64,000 bases of DNA from Octopus bimaculoides (taxonomy: Eukaryota): NCBI RefSeq assembly GCF_001194135.2, contig NC_068986.1, positions 27,156,590-27,220,589 of the forward strand, read 5' to 3'. Position 1 is the stretch's first letter. Each line of letters begins with the position of its first letter. Under the pieces are notes generated by a model. The model saw nothing but the letters and a program-made list of their open reading frames with translations, had not been told where the DNA came from and did no database searches. Positions 1-13,289 of the stretch are shown one piece after another. Position numbers and translations under genes: made by a program.

Positions 1-38
<38 letters not shown>

Positions 39-39
39 G

Positions 40-77
<38 letters not shown>

Positions 78-115
78 TAGTGTGTGTGTGCATCCGTATC
101 CATACATATATATAC

Positions 116-172
<57 letters not shown>

Positions 173-244
173 CGAGTCTCTATGTGGGTGTGGGTGTGTG
201 TTTGCATGTACATGCATGTGTGTACACACACATGTATATATGTG

Positions 245-290
<46 letters not shown>
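1..290 (+). repeat. Compound (AT)n/(AC)n/(GT)n microsatellite; (TATC)n follows at about 883-1080
   Basis: Direct reading. Dozens of comparable dinucleotide tracts occur throughout the window. Confidence 0.95.
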
Positions 291-879
291 ATTGGGGTAG
301 GCCTACTCCACCATAATATTAACTGCTCAACATCTTAGAGTGTGCTTCTCTGAATTCATGTGTATGCCTGCCTATTTATCCACCAAAGCTTTACCAGTGA
401 ACCTTCCTTCCTTCAAACTTCCATCCATATGGTTCCTGTCTATAACTCTAAAGCTTAGTTACCATTTCTTTCTCTCTTTCCTTATTTCTCTTCCTTTTCA
501 TTCTTTTTTTTTGTTTGTTTGTTTTGTTTTCTTTTGTGTTTTCTCATCCCCATTTCCTTCAGCCCTTAATGTCTCCCACCATCTCAAACAAACATTTTCT
601 TTTTCTTCTTCCTTCACTTATCTTTTTCACTTTTTCCAATGTTTTTTCTTTATACAGTTTATTCCTTCCTGTTTTTATTTTCAAATCAACTTCTTACCTC
701 TCATTCTCTCTACCCCTTCCCTGTCCCCCTTCTCTCTATATATTTATATGTCACTTCCTTTTCATCTCTTATTTCTTCTCCCATCATGCACCCTTACCTT
801 TTTTTCACTTACACCATTCCTTCACTCCAAGCACCATTGCCACCCTGCTCCCTATCCATTTTCCCTGTCTTTGTTTTCT

Positions 880-943
<64 letters not shown>

Positions 944-1601
944 TTATCTTTGTATCTATCTGTTTGTCTGTCTACCTATCTGCCTGTCTGTCTGCCTGTC
1001 TATTTATTTATTTACCTTTGTATCTGTCTATCTATCTGTCTGTCTATCTATTTATCTATCTATCTATCTATCTATCTACCTTTGTATCTATGTCTTTACC
1101 TATTTCAGAGACTCCTCTACTCTCTCTCTCTCTCTCTCACCCCCCCCCCCCCNNNNNNNNNNNNNNNNNNNNNNNNNNNACACACACACCAACTTTCTCT
1201 GATGGGTGTATTATCTGCTCCATCACAAGTGTAAAAGTTAAGGAGCAGGCCTGGGCTGGGCAAATAAGTCACTAAGAATTTACTTATGGACATGGAACAT
1301 TTCATTTGTCATTGCTCACACCCACCCTCCTCACTGCTCCTTTTAGAAGAGATGCTGTTATGTCTGCTGTTCAAATATTGTTTGTGTACACATAATGTTT
1401 TAACATTGAATTATGTATTAGGCTACTGAAACTACCCCCTCTTCTCTTCCATTTATCTCCTTTTCCCCCCTGCTGCAACCAGCCTCATATTATTTACTTG
1501 TTTATTTACATTTAATCTTTTCAACTGTTACAAGATATATCTATAAGTGTATGCAAATCTATGTATATTGGTTTGTGTGTGTTTTCGTGACTATATATGA
1601 G

Positions 1602-1651
<50 letters not shown>

Positions 1652-2494
1652 NNNNNNNNNNNNNNNNNNNNNNNNNNNNNNNNNNNNNNNNNNNNNNNNN
1701 NNNNNNNNNNNNNNNNNNNNNNNNNNNNNNNNNNNNNNNNNNNNNNNNNNNNNNNNNNNNNNNNNNNNNNNNNNNNNNNNNNNNNNNNNNNNNNNNNNNN
1801 NNNNNNNNNNNNNNNNNNNNNNNNNNNNNNNNNNNNNNNNNNNNNNNNNNNNNNNNNNNNNNNNNNNNNNNNNNNNNNNNNNNNNNNNNNNNNNNNNNNN
1901 NNNNNNNNNNNNNNNNNNNNNNNNNNNNNNNNNNNNNNNNNNNNNNNNNNNNNNNNNNNNNNNNNNNNNNNNNNNNNNNNNNNNNNNNNNNNNNNNNNNN
2001 NNNNNNNNNNNNNNNNNNNNNNNNNNNNNNNNNNNNNNNNNNNNNNNNNNNNNNNNNNNNNNNNNNNNNNNNNNNNNNNNNNNNNNNNNNNNNNNNNNNN
2101 NNNNNNNNNNNNNNNNNNNNNNNNNNNNNNNNNNNNNNNNNNNNNNNNNNNNNNNNNNNNNNNNNNNNNNNNNNNNNNNNNNNNNNNNNNNNNNNNNNNN
2201 NNNNNNNNNNNNNNNNNNNNNNNNNNNNNNNNNNNNNNNNNNNNNNNNNNNNNNNNNNNNNNNNNNNNNNNNNNNNNNNNNNNNNNNNNNNNNNNNNNNN
2301 NNNNNNNNNNNNNNNNNNNNNNNNNNNNNNNNNNNNNNNNNNNNNNNNNNNNNNNNNNNNNNNNNNNNNNNNNNNNNNNNNNNNNNNNNNNNNNNNNNNN
2401 NNNNNNNNNNNNNNNNNNNNNNNNNNNNNNNNNNNNNNNNNNNNNNNNNNNNNNNNNNNNNNNNNNNNNNNNNNNNNNNNNNNNNNNNNNNNNN
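1652..2494. other. Assembly gap (largest of 11)
   Basis: N runs at 1153-1179, 1652-2494, 7084-7646, 10439-10556, 13873-13893, 22205-22385, 26034-26248, 31348-31473, 38160-38336, 51227-51594 and 52361-53009. Confidence 1.
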
Positions 2495-2585
2495 GCTTAT
2501 CTTTGCCTGCTTTCTCTTAGAAATTTAAAATTTTAAAAAATGTAAGAAGAATGAAATAAAGAAGAGATAAATAATGATACATACA

Positions 2586-2629
<44 letters not shown>

Positions 2630-3623
2630 CACGCACACACATGAGTAAAAAGAATCAAAAGAGATGGTAGGTGGTCTGTATCAGCAAGAATTGTATTTAT
2701 TGGTGGAAGTAAAAGTAAAAATTAAGTTTATATGCTATGGGAAGTAGAGTTTCCAACAATTTGGACAAAGATTTTCTCCAGGCTTGAGATGAAAAGAAAA
2801 ACTGGGTCTCAGAAGTATTTTTAGCCCCTCTTCTCGATCAGAACAACTGGAAGCCACTGATTTGGAGTAGAACATGAGTGCATGCATTGAGAGCAGGTGG
2901 TAGGAGAGGGTGAAAGGAAAAAGAAAGAGTTGGGAGGGAGAGAGAGAGAGAGAGAGAGAAGAGAAAGAGTAGCTGTGTGAGGTTGAGGGAAAATTTGAGC
3001 AAGAAAACGGAAGAGTGAAAGATGGAGTGAAGCAGTTAAAGCAGAACAGTTCATTGGAACCCATAGATGTCATGGGGCCTAAGTTGACTATAATGTGTGG
3101 TTTCTCATTCATAATTTGCAAAGATGCCGGACACCAATAAATAGTTAATGAAGTGGCCTTGTTGTATTGAAGTGAGTGACTATGAGCTGGCCTGGAATAC
3201 ATAGTAGAATACTATAAATGTGACCATGAACACAATCACTGAAATGGCAGCCTGTTTCACTAATATAAATAGCACCATCCCCCCTTTGAAATGTACTCTT
3301 GTGTGCATCTTCCAAATCCTACTCACTAACTCCACAGATGTTCTAATCTTTCTTACATCTTGCCTTCAAGACAGTTAAGAATCTCTGCAACCTCATAGTT
3401 AGAAGTGTTACTGACTTCAGACACGTGTAACAATGACCTTGTAAATGCACTTGACCCAACATCAATAACACCACAACTGTCACCAGCTGCTAATCAGTGT
3501 TACTTGTCGTCAAGAAACTTCTATCACACTTCTACCAACATCATATACTGCATCACTTACAAATTGGCTGTGTTTGTTTGTATATGGGTAGAGCATTTGA
3601 AGTGGTGTACAGATATTGTATAT

Positions 3624-3864
3624 TGAGAAAAAGGAGGCAATCAGAATTTTGGATAATTCTTTATTAGTGCTTTCATTCATTTATCGAACTCGTCAAGACA
3701 AAATCAAAATGATAAAAACAGAATGTTCCCTTCATTCATCTGTATATAAATGAACAAGGAAATGTTCTGGTTTTATCATTTTCATTTTATGTTGACGAGT
3801 TCAATAAACAAACGAAAGCGCGAGTAAAGAATTATCCAAAATTCTGACTGCCTCCTTTTTCTCA
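3624..3864. mobile_element. Palindromic MITE-like foldback element (~241 bp)
   Basis: TGAGAAAAAGGAGGCAATCAGAATTTTGGATAATTCTTTA at the left end is the reverse complement of the right end with one mismatch in the first 40 bp. Complementarity continues (~85%) to a centre near 3744. TA-rich flanks. Confidence 0.8.
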
Positions 3865-4039
3865 CGTATATTTATTTATTCATACAGACATGTATATATA
3901 AGTCCCATATATTTCTACATGTATTCATTTATTGTAAAGATATGGATTCATTCCATTGTTACTTAGTTTCACACACATACATGAAATATATGTATGTGAT
4001 CTTTCATATGATATTTTGAATAAAGATTAAAAAAAGACA

Positions 4040-5030
4040 ATAGATTTAATCTGTCAGGTTGGTTCTCATTGCTCAAGGCTGGTCACATAATGCAGTTTTA
4101 TAGACTTTGGCTCTTATGGTACCATGTGTTGAGGGAGACAGCTGAGTTTATGGTTATTGATCAAGGGCAGTTATTCTGTGAGGTTGGCTGTTATTTACTA
4201 GAGCTACATTGCTCAAGGCTGGTCACATAATGCAGTTTTATAGACTTTGGTTCTTATGGTACCATGTGTTGAGGGAGACAGCTGAGTTTATGGTTATTGA
4301 TCAAGGGCAGTTATTCTGTGAGGTTGGCTGTTATTTACTAGAGCTAATTTTTGTGAATTGTGACCTGTGGGTGGCTATATATTCTCTAACAGGAAGTTTT
4401 CCCCTCACAATAATTAGAAAGTACTTCCACTTTAAGAGATGTCACAGGTTGTATCAAGATTTGAAGCTTTTCTGTAAGGCAAAGCCTGCAATTATGTGAC
4501 CTGTTAAAATATTGAGTAGCTCTATCAATGATGTTCTATGCTCTTGTGGACATGTAGTACCTGATTACTGTGTTTGTTCTGCGGTTGTTGTTGCAGGGGT
4601 GTGGAGTGTTCTGTTTTTTAACCTGAACAATGATGTTGAAAGATATGACTATTGAAAGTGTTTGCAGTTATACCGCTAGTACTCTCTTTTAGTATTGTTC
4701 AGATGTAGTGTTACGGCTGCTCAGTATATGAGTTAGTGAGAGAAGTATGATCCTCATATATTTGTGTATCTGAGTAGTGTGACAAATGGATTTTCAGAGT
4801 TACAAGCTGTGTGATGGAATAGCGATTATGTGGAGATTCAGAAATAACTGACCTTAATACCATGTGAGTTGAATGGCATAGTTGTGCATGGATGGGAAAT
4901 AGAATATTATTTGGAGATTCTTTGCTATATTTGTAGTGATTTTTGGGTTGTGTGGTGTATTCAATCGAATTACTTTGACACTTCTGAGGCTGTAGTAGAA
5001 GATACTTGTTGAAGTTGCCATGACTGTAAA
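4040..5030 (-). mobile_element. Decayed Penelope-like retroelement fragment (GIY-YIG-associated C-terminal region)
   Basis: Minus-strand translation gives VKVIRLNTPHNPKITTNIAK (~4980-4920), resembling the PLE motif IIWFNPPxxxxVxTNIxK. It also gives *NIIDRATQYFNRSHNCRLCLTEKLQILI (~4538-4450), resembling WxIIDRAxxYxNxxxxCxLCLxEKxxI. Stops and frameshifts lie in between. Boundaries approximate. Confidence 0.62.
4067..4346 (+). repeat. Tandem duplication, 2 x 140 bp
   Basis: 4067-4206 and 4207-4346 are identical except C4111/T4251. Confidence 0.95.
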
Positions 5031-5085
5031 ATAATTTTCTAAACTACTCAACCATACCTTTTCAAAAAGACACACACAAACACTA

Positions 5086-5142
<57 letters not shown>

Positions 5143-5143
<1 letters not shown>

Positions 5144-5460
5144 CATCATCATTTAATGTCTGTTTTCCATGATGATGAAATCTTCATCATCATTTAACGG
5201 CCCTTTTCCCATGCTGGCATGGGTTGAATGGATATCAGGGGCTGGCAAGCCAGAAGACTATACCATGCTCTACTGTCTGTTTTGGCATGGCTTTTATGGG
5301 TGGATGCCTTTCCTGTTGCCAACCACTGTACAGCCTGGACTGGGTGCTTCTTTTACAGGGCACCAGCTGCAATGAGCTCACCAAGTAGTTTACAGGACAA
5401 GAGCCCTCATCTGAATGAAGGAGTAGTATTGAGGAAACTAGCTTTGTGCCACATGAGAGG
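5143..5460 (-). mobile_element. Family C retroposon
   Basis: (CAT)n-TTTAA...CCATGCTGGCATGGGTTG...GGATGCCTTTCCTGTTGCCAACCAC. Confidence 0.75.
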
Positions 5461-6930
5461 AGTATGAGTCCAGGGACAGAAATAGATGTATATACATAGA
5501 CATAAAAGAATCTTGTTTTGATTGGTAGCATTTTGATGATGATTGTGATTGTGGAGTTGGGTGGGTGCTTACTGCAATATCACCAGTGCACTAAACAGAC
5601 TATTTTGATTAAAAATAAATTTACTCTGACTGCAAGCAAGCCAATTAGTTCTTTGTGTGTGTGTGTGTGTTTGGGCACATACGCGTGTTCATACTCTTCT
5701 GTACTTAGTCCTCTCTCTTTCTCTCGCACACACACATGTGTATATACTAGATGCAAAAATTATTTATATTAAGTGATGAAAGTAAATAGAACTCAAGATG
5801 TTTTCCAAGTCCAGTTCTCATTCCATATATATATACACATATAGATGCGTGTGTGTGTGTATACACACACACACACATACATATGTAACACACACACACA
5901 CACACACACATATATACATACATACTTATGTAACACACACACACATATATATATACATACATACTTAGGTAACACACACTTATACATATATAACATGGAT
6001 ATATACATACATATGTAAAACAAACATATATATATGCACATACATGTGTGACGTATATATATATATATGTACACACACACACACCCACATCTATACCCTC
6101 CCCTATGTTATATTCATACATAGATGCACAGGAGAAAGCACCTGTGTACACTACAAGTATCATTATAGCAAACTTTGCTGAATTTCACTGGTTGGTTGAT
6201 TCCTGTTAAGAGTTTTCCTTCGCTAGCATTTTTTCTGTTGTTGTTGCTGATGTAGTGGTGGTGGTGGTGGTGGTAGTGATGGTGGTAGTGGTGGTGGTGG
6301 TGGTGGTGGTGGTGGTTCCTTTAACTGCTCCCTTTCGCCTCAAAGAAAATACATATGTACATATTGACAATAATATTCTAAAAGTTATATTTGCCTGTTT
6401 CTTTTTTTAATAGTTTCATATTTTTTCCATTATTTTCTTTTCCCCACCTTCTCTTTCTCATTCCCTTCTCTCATGTACATATTTTCATAAAACGTGTGTT
6501 TAAACGTATATAAGGCATGTAATATATGTGTGTGTGTGTGTATCTAGTCAGTGGTTCACTCCATTGTTATATAATGATGTGTGTATTTTTTCTATAGATA
6601 TATTTGTCGATGTGTATATGCATCTGTAAGCATTTGCACCCACACATACTCAGACAAATATATCTATAGTAACGCGTACAGATACACATTCGCATATATG
6701 ATGTGTAATGTGTATTTGTTTCTATATGTGTGTGTGTGTGTGTGTATATGCACAAAATCTCATTACTTACACACTCACACACACGTGTACTCATGTGTTT
6801 TTCATTTCTTTGTCTTTAAAATGTGTGTGTATGTATATATATATATATGTAGAACTGGTGTGTGTTCATTATGTGTATCTCAGCTTACATACTGCACTTG
6901 TGTTTGTTTATATTTATTTGCCCTCCATTA

Positions 6931-7012
<82 letters not shown>

Positions 7013-8529
7013 GTCTACTATTCTTGGCTGTTTTTCTTTCTAAACCCAATCTCTCTGCTGGAAGTCTGTCTTATTCACTGTTTNNNNNNNNNNNNNNNNN
7101 NNNNNNNNNNNNNNNNNNNNNNNNNNNNNNNNNNNNNNNNNNNNNNNNNNNNNNNNNNNNNNNNNNNNNNNNNNNNNNNNNNNNNNNNNNNNNNNNNNNN
7201 NNNNNNNNNNNNNNNNNNNNNNNNNNNNNNNNNNNNNNNNNNNNNNNNNNNNNNNNNNNNNNNNNNNNNNNNNNNNNNNNNNNNNNNNNNNNNNNNNNNN
7301 NNNNNNNNNNNNNNNNNNNNNNNNNNNNNNNNNNNNNNNNNNNNNNNNNNNNNNNNNNNNNNNNNNNNNNNNNNNNNNNNNNNNNNNNNNNNNNNNNNNN
7401 NNNNNNNNNNNNNNNNNNNNNNNNNNNNNNNNNNNNNNNNNNNNNNNNNNNNNNNNNNNNNNNNNNNNNNNNNNNNNNNNNNNNNNNNNNNNNNNNNNNN
7501 NNNNNNNNNNNNNNNNNNNNNNNNNNNNNNNNNNNNNNNNNNNNNNNNNNNNNNNNNNNNNNNNNNNNNNNNNNNNNNNNNNNNNNNNNNNNNNNNNNNN
7601 NNNNNNNNNNNNNNNNNNNNNNNNNNNNNNNNNNNNNNNNNNNNNNTTTTTTGTTTTCCATTCTTCAATTCTTATTAATTTGGCTCTAAAACAGGTTTCG
7701 TTGTTTATTTGCTCTCCCAGAGACAATTTCAGGATAGTGAAATTTCAACTCAGTTTTAAAGACCAGGCTGATTTTTTTTTCTCTATTTGTATGATTAGAG
7801 AAAAAAAAAAAAAAATTTTTTTTTTGTTCCTTGAAATGAAAACAATTTTATTTGGTCAATGTGGCAGGGTAGTGGTGATGGTGGGCAGAGAATGTTATTT
7901 TTCTCCAAGGACTAAGCAATAAATATTAATGATGTCTTAAATATAATGATCAGCAAATATTGATTGATTTGGGAAGTGTTTAATAAACAAACAAAACTTC
8001 AGTACTTTTTATGTATTTATTTTTTACTTGGGTACTTAATTTAGTTTTCAAAATCCATCATCTGATATAGCATAGTAAACCTTGTGGCTGTTTGAAAGCC
8101 ATTTAGTTGATAACTGTGTGGACTTTCAGTTGGTAGAGCTCCAAATCTTTGATTTTGTTTAATGCCTGAAGGCTTGCTTTTTCTACATCTGTCATAATGC
8201 TGCTGTTACGCATACGAATATCATGATCCTCAACCAGAGAAGGTCCACATCCAAAGATTGGCACTAGTCATTAACAGACATGTTCCAGCTTCTGGCACAG
8301 AGAGATATGTAGTTTCCTCTCTCTGTCTCTGTCTTGTCTGTCACTAATATAATGACTTCTATTACTCAGAGGTGACTAATTTTATGCCTCCCAGGCTCAC
8401 TCATCTTTCCATCTCTCATAACCATTTTTGTGTCCACTCCATTAGCCCTACAATAACGACAATGCTCTGTCCTTTCTCTACAGAATAGCAGTCATCTCCT
8501 TGTCTTGACCTAAGCGTGGTTGTAAAAAG

Positions 8530-8728
8530 ATTATCACTGTCATACAAGTGGGTTCCTTCATTTCCAATCTTGCCTGTAAACATGCCTGGCCATGGGGAAG
8601 CATTATCTTACTTGGAAACAAGTGAGGACAGGTGACAGGAGTGTATCAGCCATAGAACATCTGCCTCAACAAATCCTATCAATCCAGGCACACATGGAAA
8701 AAAGGATGTTAGAATAACAACAACAATG
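8530..8728 (+). mobile_element. Family C-related retroposon (variant body TTACTTGGAAACAAGTGAG)
   Basis: Same module also seen at about 17885-18010(+), 34020-34120(+), 44215-44400(+), 52190-52325(+), 55905-56165(-) and 61465-61700(-). Confidence 0.65.
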
Positions 8729-10007
8729 AAATCTTTTAAATTTTTATTCTGTCAGAATTGCATTTCCTTTGGTGTAATCTTCAAGAAACTTCCAGTACTG
8801 AAAGTTAAAATCTACCTGCTCTTGTTATTGAAGCAATGCTTAAACAAAATCTAGTGTAGATTGAAACCCAAGTGTTTGGGTTTGTATTATCCTAGAAACA
8901 AATGTTACTCTATTAATGTAATCACTCACTTCAGGAACGTTGAGTTGATATTATGTCTCCATTTTTTTTTTTTGTTAATCTTTTAATAATTTTTTTTTTG
9001 TTTTTGTTTTGTGTTTAGCATTTGCTGAAATATCAGCAATATTACTATAACATATATATTTGTAATTTTTTTTACTTTTCAGTTCTCATTTTCTCTCTCT
9101 GTTTTTTGTTCCATGACCAATCTTTGTGTCATCTCAGACCAGAGCTTTGCTCTCACGTTTTTACAATGTTCTCAAACATGTTTCAAAAGTGCCTTTGTTC
9201 TCCCGGTTTTCTTAATGTTGTGTTTGTTTTGTTTATGCATGTGTGTTGGGTGGGGAAGAGAAAACAAGAAAGAGTGTTGGTGGCGGTGTAGTTTTCTGGT
9301 TTGGTAATTTGAGTGAATAAGTAATAAGAATGATATTTACATATATGCAACAGCTGAATGATAAGTCATTCTGATACACACACACACACACCACCCACTC
9401 ATATATCTACACATTCACATACATACATACATACACATAATAAATACATATATATACATACGCACATATATGTACATACACATATACATACATATATATA
9501 GATATATATATATATAAATATGTGAGTGTGTATATATAAGTATAGACACATACGCTAACAGTGTGTGTGTGTGTGTCTATATATATGCTTACTGTTAGTT
9601 TAAACTATTGAAGTTCAAACATGATTAGATAGCACAATCTTTTCAACATGAAAGGCAAGAATATGTTTACGTTAGTTGAAAAAGGATATGAGGGTCATTT
9701 ATTTTCTACTTTGTTTCTCATACAGTCATTTAGTATTCGGATTTCACACATATGTGACCATACGCTAGTCATTCAGGTTATATTTATTGGAAACTCTATT
9801 GCAGAATACTCTTTTCTTTTTAATTTTTCTTTTAATATTTTGTTTATTTCTTTTTTTTTTTTTTGTGGTTATGCTTCTGTTTGAATTTTCATAGAAGACC
9901 CTTCTGCAGTCATTGCTTATTTTTATACTATCTCTTTATCTCTCTCTCTCCGTCTCTGTCTGTCTGTCTCTCTTCACTTCCACACACCCTCACATGCACA
10001 TTCATTC

Positions 10008-10044
<37 letters not shown>

Positions 10045-10392
10045 CATGCACTTCTCCCTCCCTTTATCCCTTTGCCTCCTTATCAGCTCTGTAAAATTTA
10101 CATACCTGGTAACTTGCAATCAATGCAACCATAAAATATCAACAGGATATATACATTCAATCATGTAAACATATTCACTGTGTGTATGTGTGTGTTCATA
10201 TTCATACATAGATGCATATGCATGCACTCATGCATATCTGTATATTTGTCCATATTTGTTTATGTATATTTCATATATGGATATGTATATCTGTGTGTGT
10301 CTTCATATTCATACATGGACATGTATGTGCACTCATCTACATCTGTATATATAATTGCATATTTATGCATATCTGTATATGTATATTTTTAC

Positions 10393-10437
<45 letters not shown>

Positions 10438-12854
10438 TNNNNNNNNNNNNNNNNNNNNNNNNNNNNNNNNNNNNNNNNNNNNNNNNNNNNNNNNNNNNNN
10501 NNNNNNNNNNNNNNNNNNNNNNNNNNNNNNNNNNNNNNNNNNNNNNNNNNNNNNNNATATATTTATTTATTTATTTATTTGTGTGTGTGCAAGTTGTTCA
10601 TTTTATTGATTAATCAGGTCTTGCTATGCACTCACAATTATTTCTCTGTTGGTGCAATGGAGGATTAACTTGGTTTGTTTGCTTTCTTCTATGGAAGACT
10701 AAAGGGGTTAATTCACTGCTTCATGAAAATCATTGCAATGGCAGCAACTAGAAGATATTATTTTCTTCTTGGAGATTGTGTTTTTGCTCCTGATTATGTA
10801 GCTTTGAGCAAATGAAAGTTCATTTCTTCCCAAGTAATGATTCTAGACTCTTGCCAATTAACATATGAAGATGCATCACTTTTTTTTAATTATATTTTAT
10901 CTAAGCGATCTGTTGCAAGTAATATATTAAGTTTTGGTTACTGACCAATACAATTGGTTCAGAGTAAACTTTAACTCTTTGACACGTAAGAAGGTTGTCT
11001 TGTACTTGAGGCATTTGTCTATTTTGTTTCCCCACATGGGTAGAGACAAATAAAAATTAATGTAAAATTTTATGTGTGTTTAAAGTTTTATTTCCTTAGA
11101 AATCGCTTTTGATGTTTGCCTTTGCTATCATCTACAATTAGATGGCAGAAATTTGTAATAGATCTTTTGGGCCTTGCAATATCAGTTGAATCATATTGAT
11201 TTTTCTTGATAAACTATATCTTTCTGATTTGGATTGGAGTTCAATAGCAAAAGCACTGTTGATATGCTGGACTTGAGGTTGTGGTCATGGTCGGCTTGGA
11301 CATTGGTGGGTTGGTGTTAATGTGAAAAATGTGAGTGCAGAGAGAAAAGATTAGTTGGAGTATTTAGTACCAGGTTTAGGAGATTAGATATACAGGAGGA
11401 GGTAACACGGAGAAGAAATTGGTAGTGCCTTTAGAAGTTCAGATGCTCTCATTCTTGCAGGAGATGAGACAGAAAATTTTGCATCTGTGAGCTACTGGTT
11501 GCAACTTGTTGATAAAGAATTCTTTATCGGTCAGTGGAATGGTCTAGGATGTTTGTGTCAAGTAGCAGTAACAACACAATCCATGCACATGCTCAGAATT
11601 TCAGTAGAGGTCTTCTTTGGGTGGTATTCTACAGAAAATAAAGGAATTCTTGAATGCAGGTCTTCTTTGAGCAGTGATTCATCAAGGAAGGCTGACGTAT
11701 TTATTCCCTGGCCCCTAAAGACACGCCTTAGTTATTGTAATGTAGCTTTGGCAATGATATATATATGTATGCAAGAGTTGCCATAAAGAATTAATGGTAG
11801 ATCGTGAGGTCTAATATTTGTAATGGTTATAGAAATGTTATTAGACAACATGGATAGTGGCACACAGATTTGACTTTCTTTGGAAAGGAAAGGTTCAGCC
11901 AGTGATAAAGTTGAAATACTACTTTCCAAAGCTTGCAGTGAAACAATTCTAGTCTATAGTTGGTAGCAAGGCATGGGCAATAGCAGAAACACTGACCAAA
12001 GAAATGATTGCTGGACATTGCTTCCTTTCGTGATTGGTGTTTGAAGGTCATTTTTCCATAAAGAATAAATAATGAATTAATGGCTTATTGCAAGAGTGTA
12101 GTGTAGTGTAGTGTTTTTTTTTTTAGTTCTTATATTTTTTTATTTTTCATAAGTCTCATGCTTATTTTATTGTTCTCTTTTTACAAACTGCTAAGTTCTG
12201 AGGAAGTAAACAAATCAACACTTGATGTCAAGCGGTGAGGGAACAAACACACACATATCATCATCATCAAACATGTTCCATGCTTGTACGGATTAGACAC
12301 ACATACACACATGGTGGGTTTCCACACAATTTCTGTCGACATCAGTTGGCCTTGGGCTACAGTAGAAGACACAGTGGGACTTAGATTCAGAAAGCCAAAT
12401 TTGTGTTGGGCACTTTTGGAGAGAACCCAAATATTCCATTGGTCACACTCTGGAATCACAAAAAGTCAAGTTATAAAAAAGGAAAACCAACCAAAGCTCA
12501 AGACCAATGATAATAGTCACTATGAAGATCTGGGCTGCTTTTAATGTGAAAGGCATGCAATGCTGAAGGGAGGGAGAGAGAGAGGAGGGGACTATACTTT
12601 AACCTGCTTTGTGATAGGTTTTTTTTTATAGTTTAAGGGAGCCAGTTCTTCATCTTGGAGCCTTTTGAGAATTCTTGGTCTAGACAGACTGACTGGGCTA
12701 GTCATTGCCCTAAAAAGCCACTGCTATAAAAGGAGAGAATGTATTATAGGTATAAGTTGGTTAATTTCACCAGTGACAGATCTGAACCAGTTTTATTTCA
12801 CTCTCTTCTAAACATGTTGCATTGTACTCTGTTAGTGACATAGTGATTGTGACA

Positions 12855-12893
<39 letters not shown>

Positions 12894-13258
12894 ACGTGCA
12901 CGTGCTGTGTGGATATAGATTTTTTTTATTCTTCAATCTTGTTTATATTTTTTTACTGTTTCTTGTGCAATGACTTATTTTTCCTCTTGCAAGGGTGAAG
13001 TTTACAGGGTCAGATGAAAATAAATATATTCAGTTTGCTTTTTTGTGTGTGTGAGAAAATTTTGTAAACACACTTATAAGTGCCAAGTTTGTGTTGGTAT
13101 TCTACAGAAAATAAAGGAATTCTTGAACGCAGGGTGGCTGTGCAGACAGCTCAGAAAACTGAGTAAATACTCTTTAGATGACAGGAAAAAGAGGTCAGCA
13201 AACCTCTATAGAGAATCGAACCCCATACCTCTCACACACACACACACACACACACACA

Positions 13259-13289
<31 letters not shown>

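Noticed and set aside
80-1305. Several overlapping ORFs up to 311 aa
   Set aside because: Translations are (HT)n, (CV)n, (IYLS)n and F/S/L-rich products of microsatellites and pyrimidine tracts.
1551-2528. Long ORFs spanning N runs (also at 6581-7726, 25905-26336, 51116-51673, 52310-53165)
   Set aside because: Open only because N codons are not stops.
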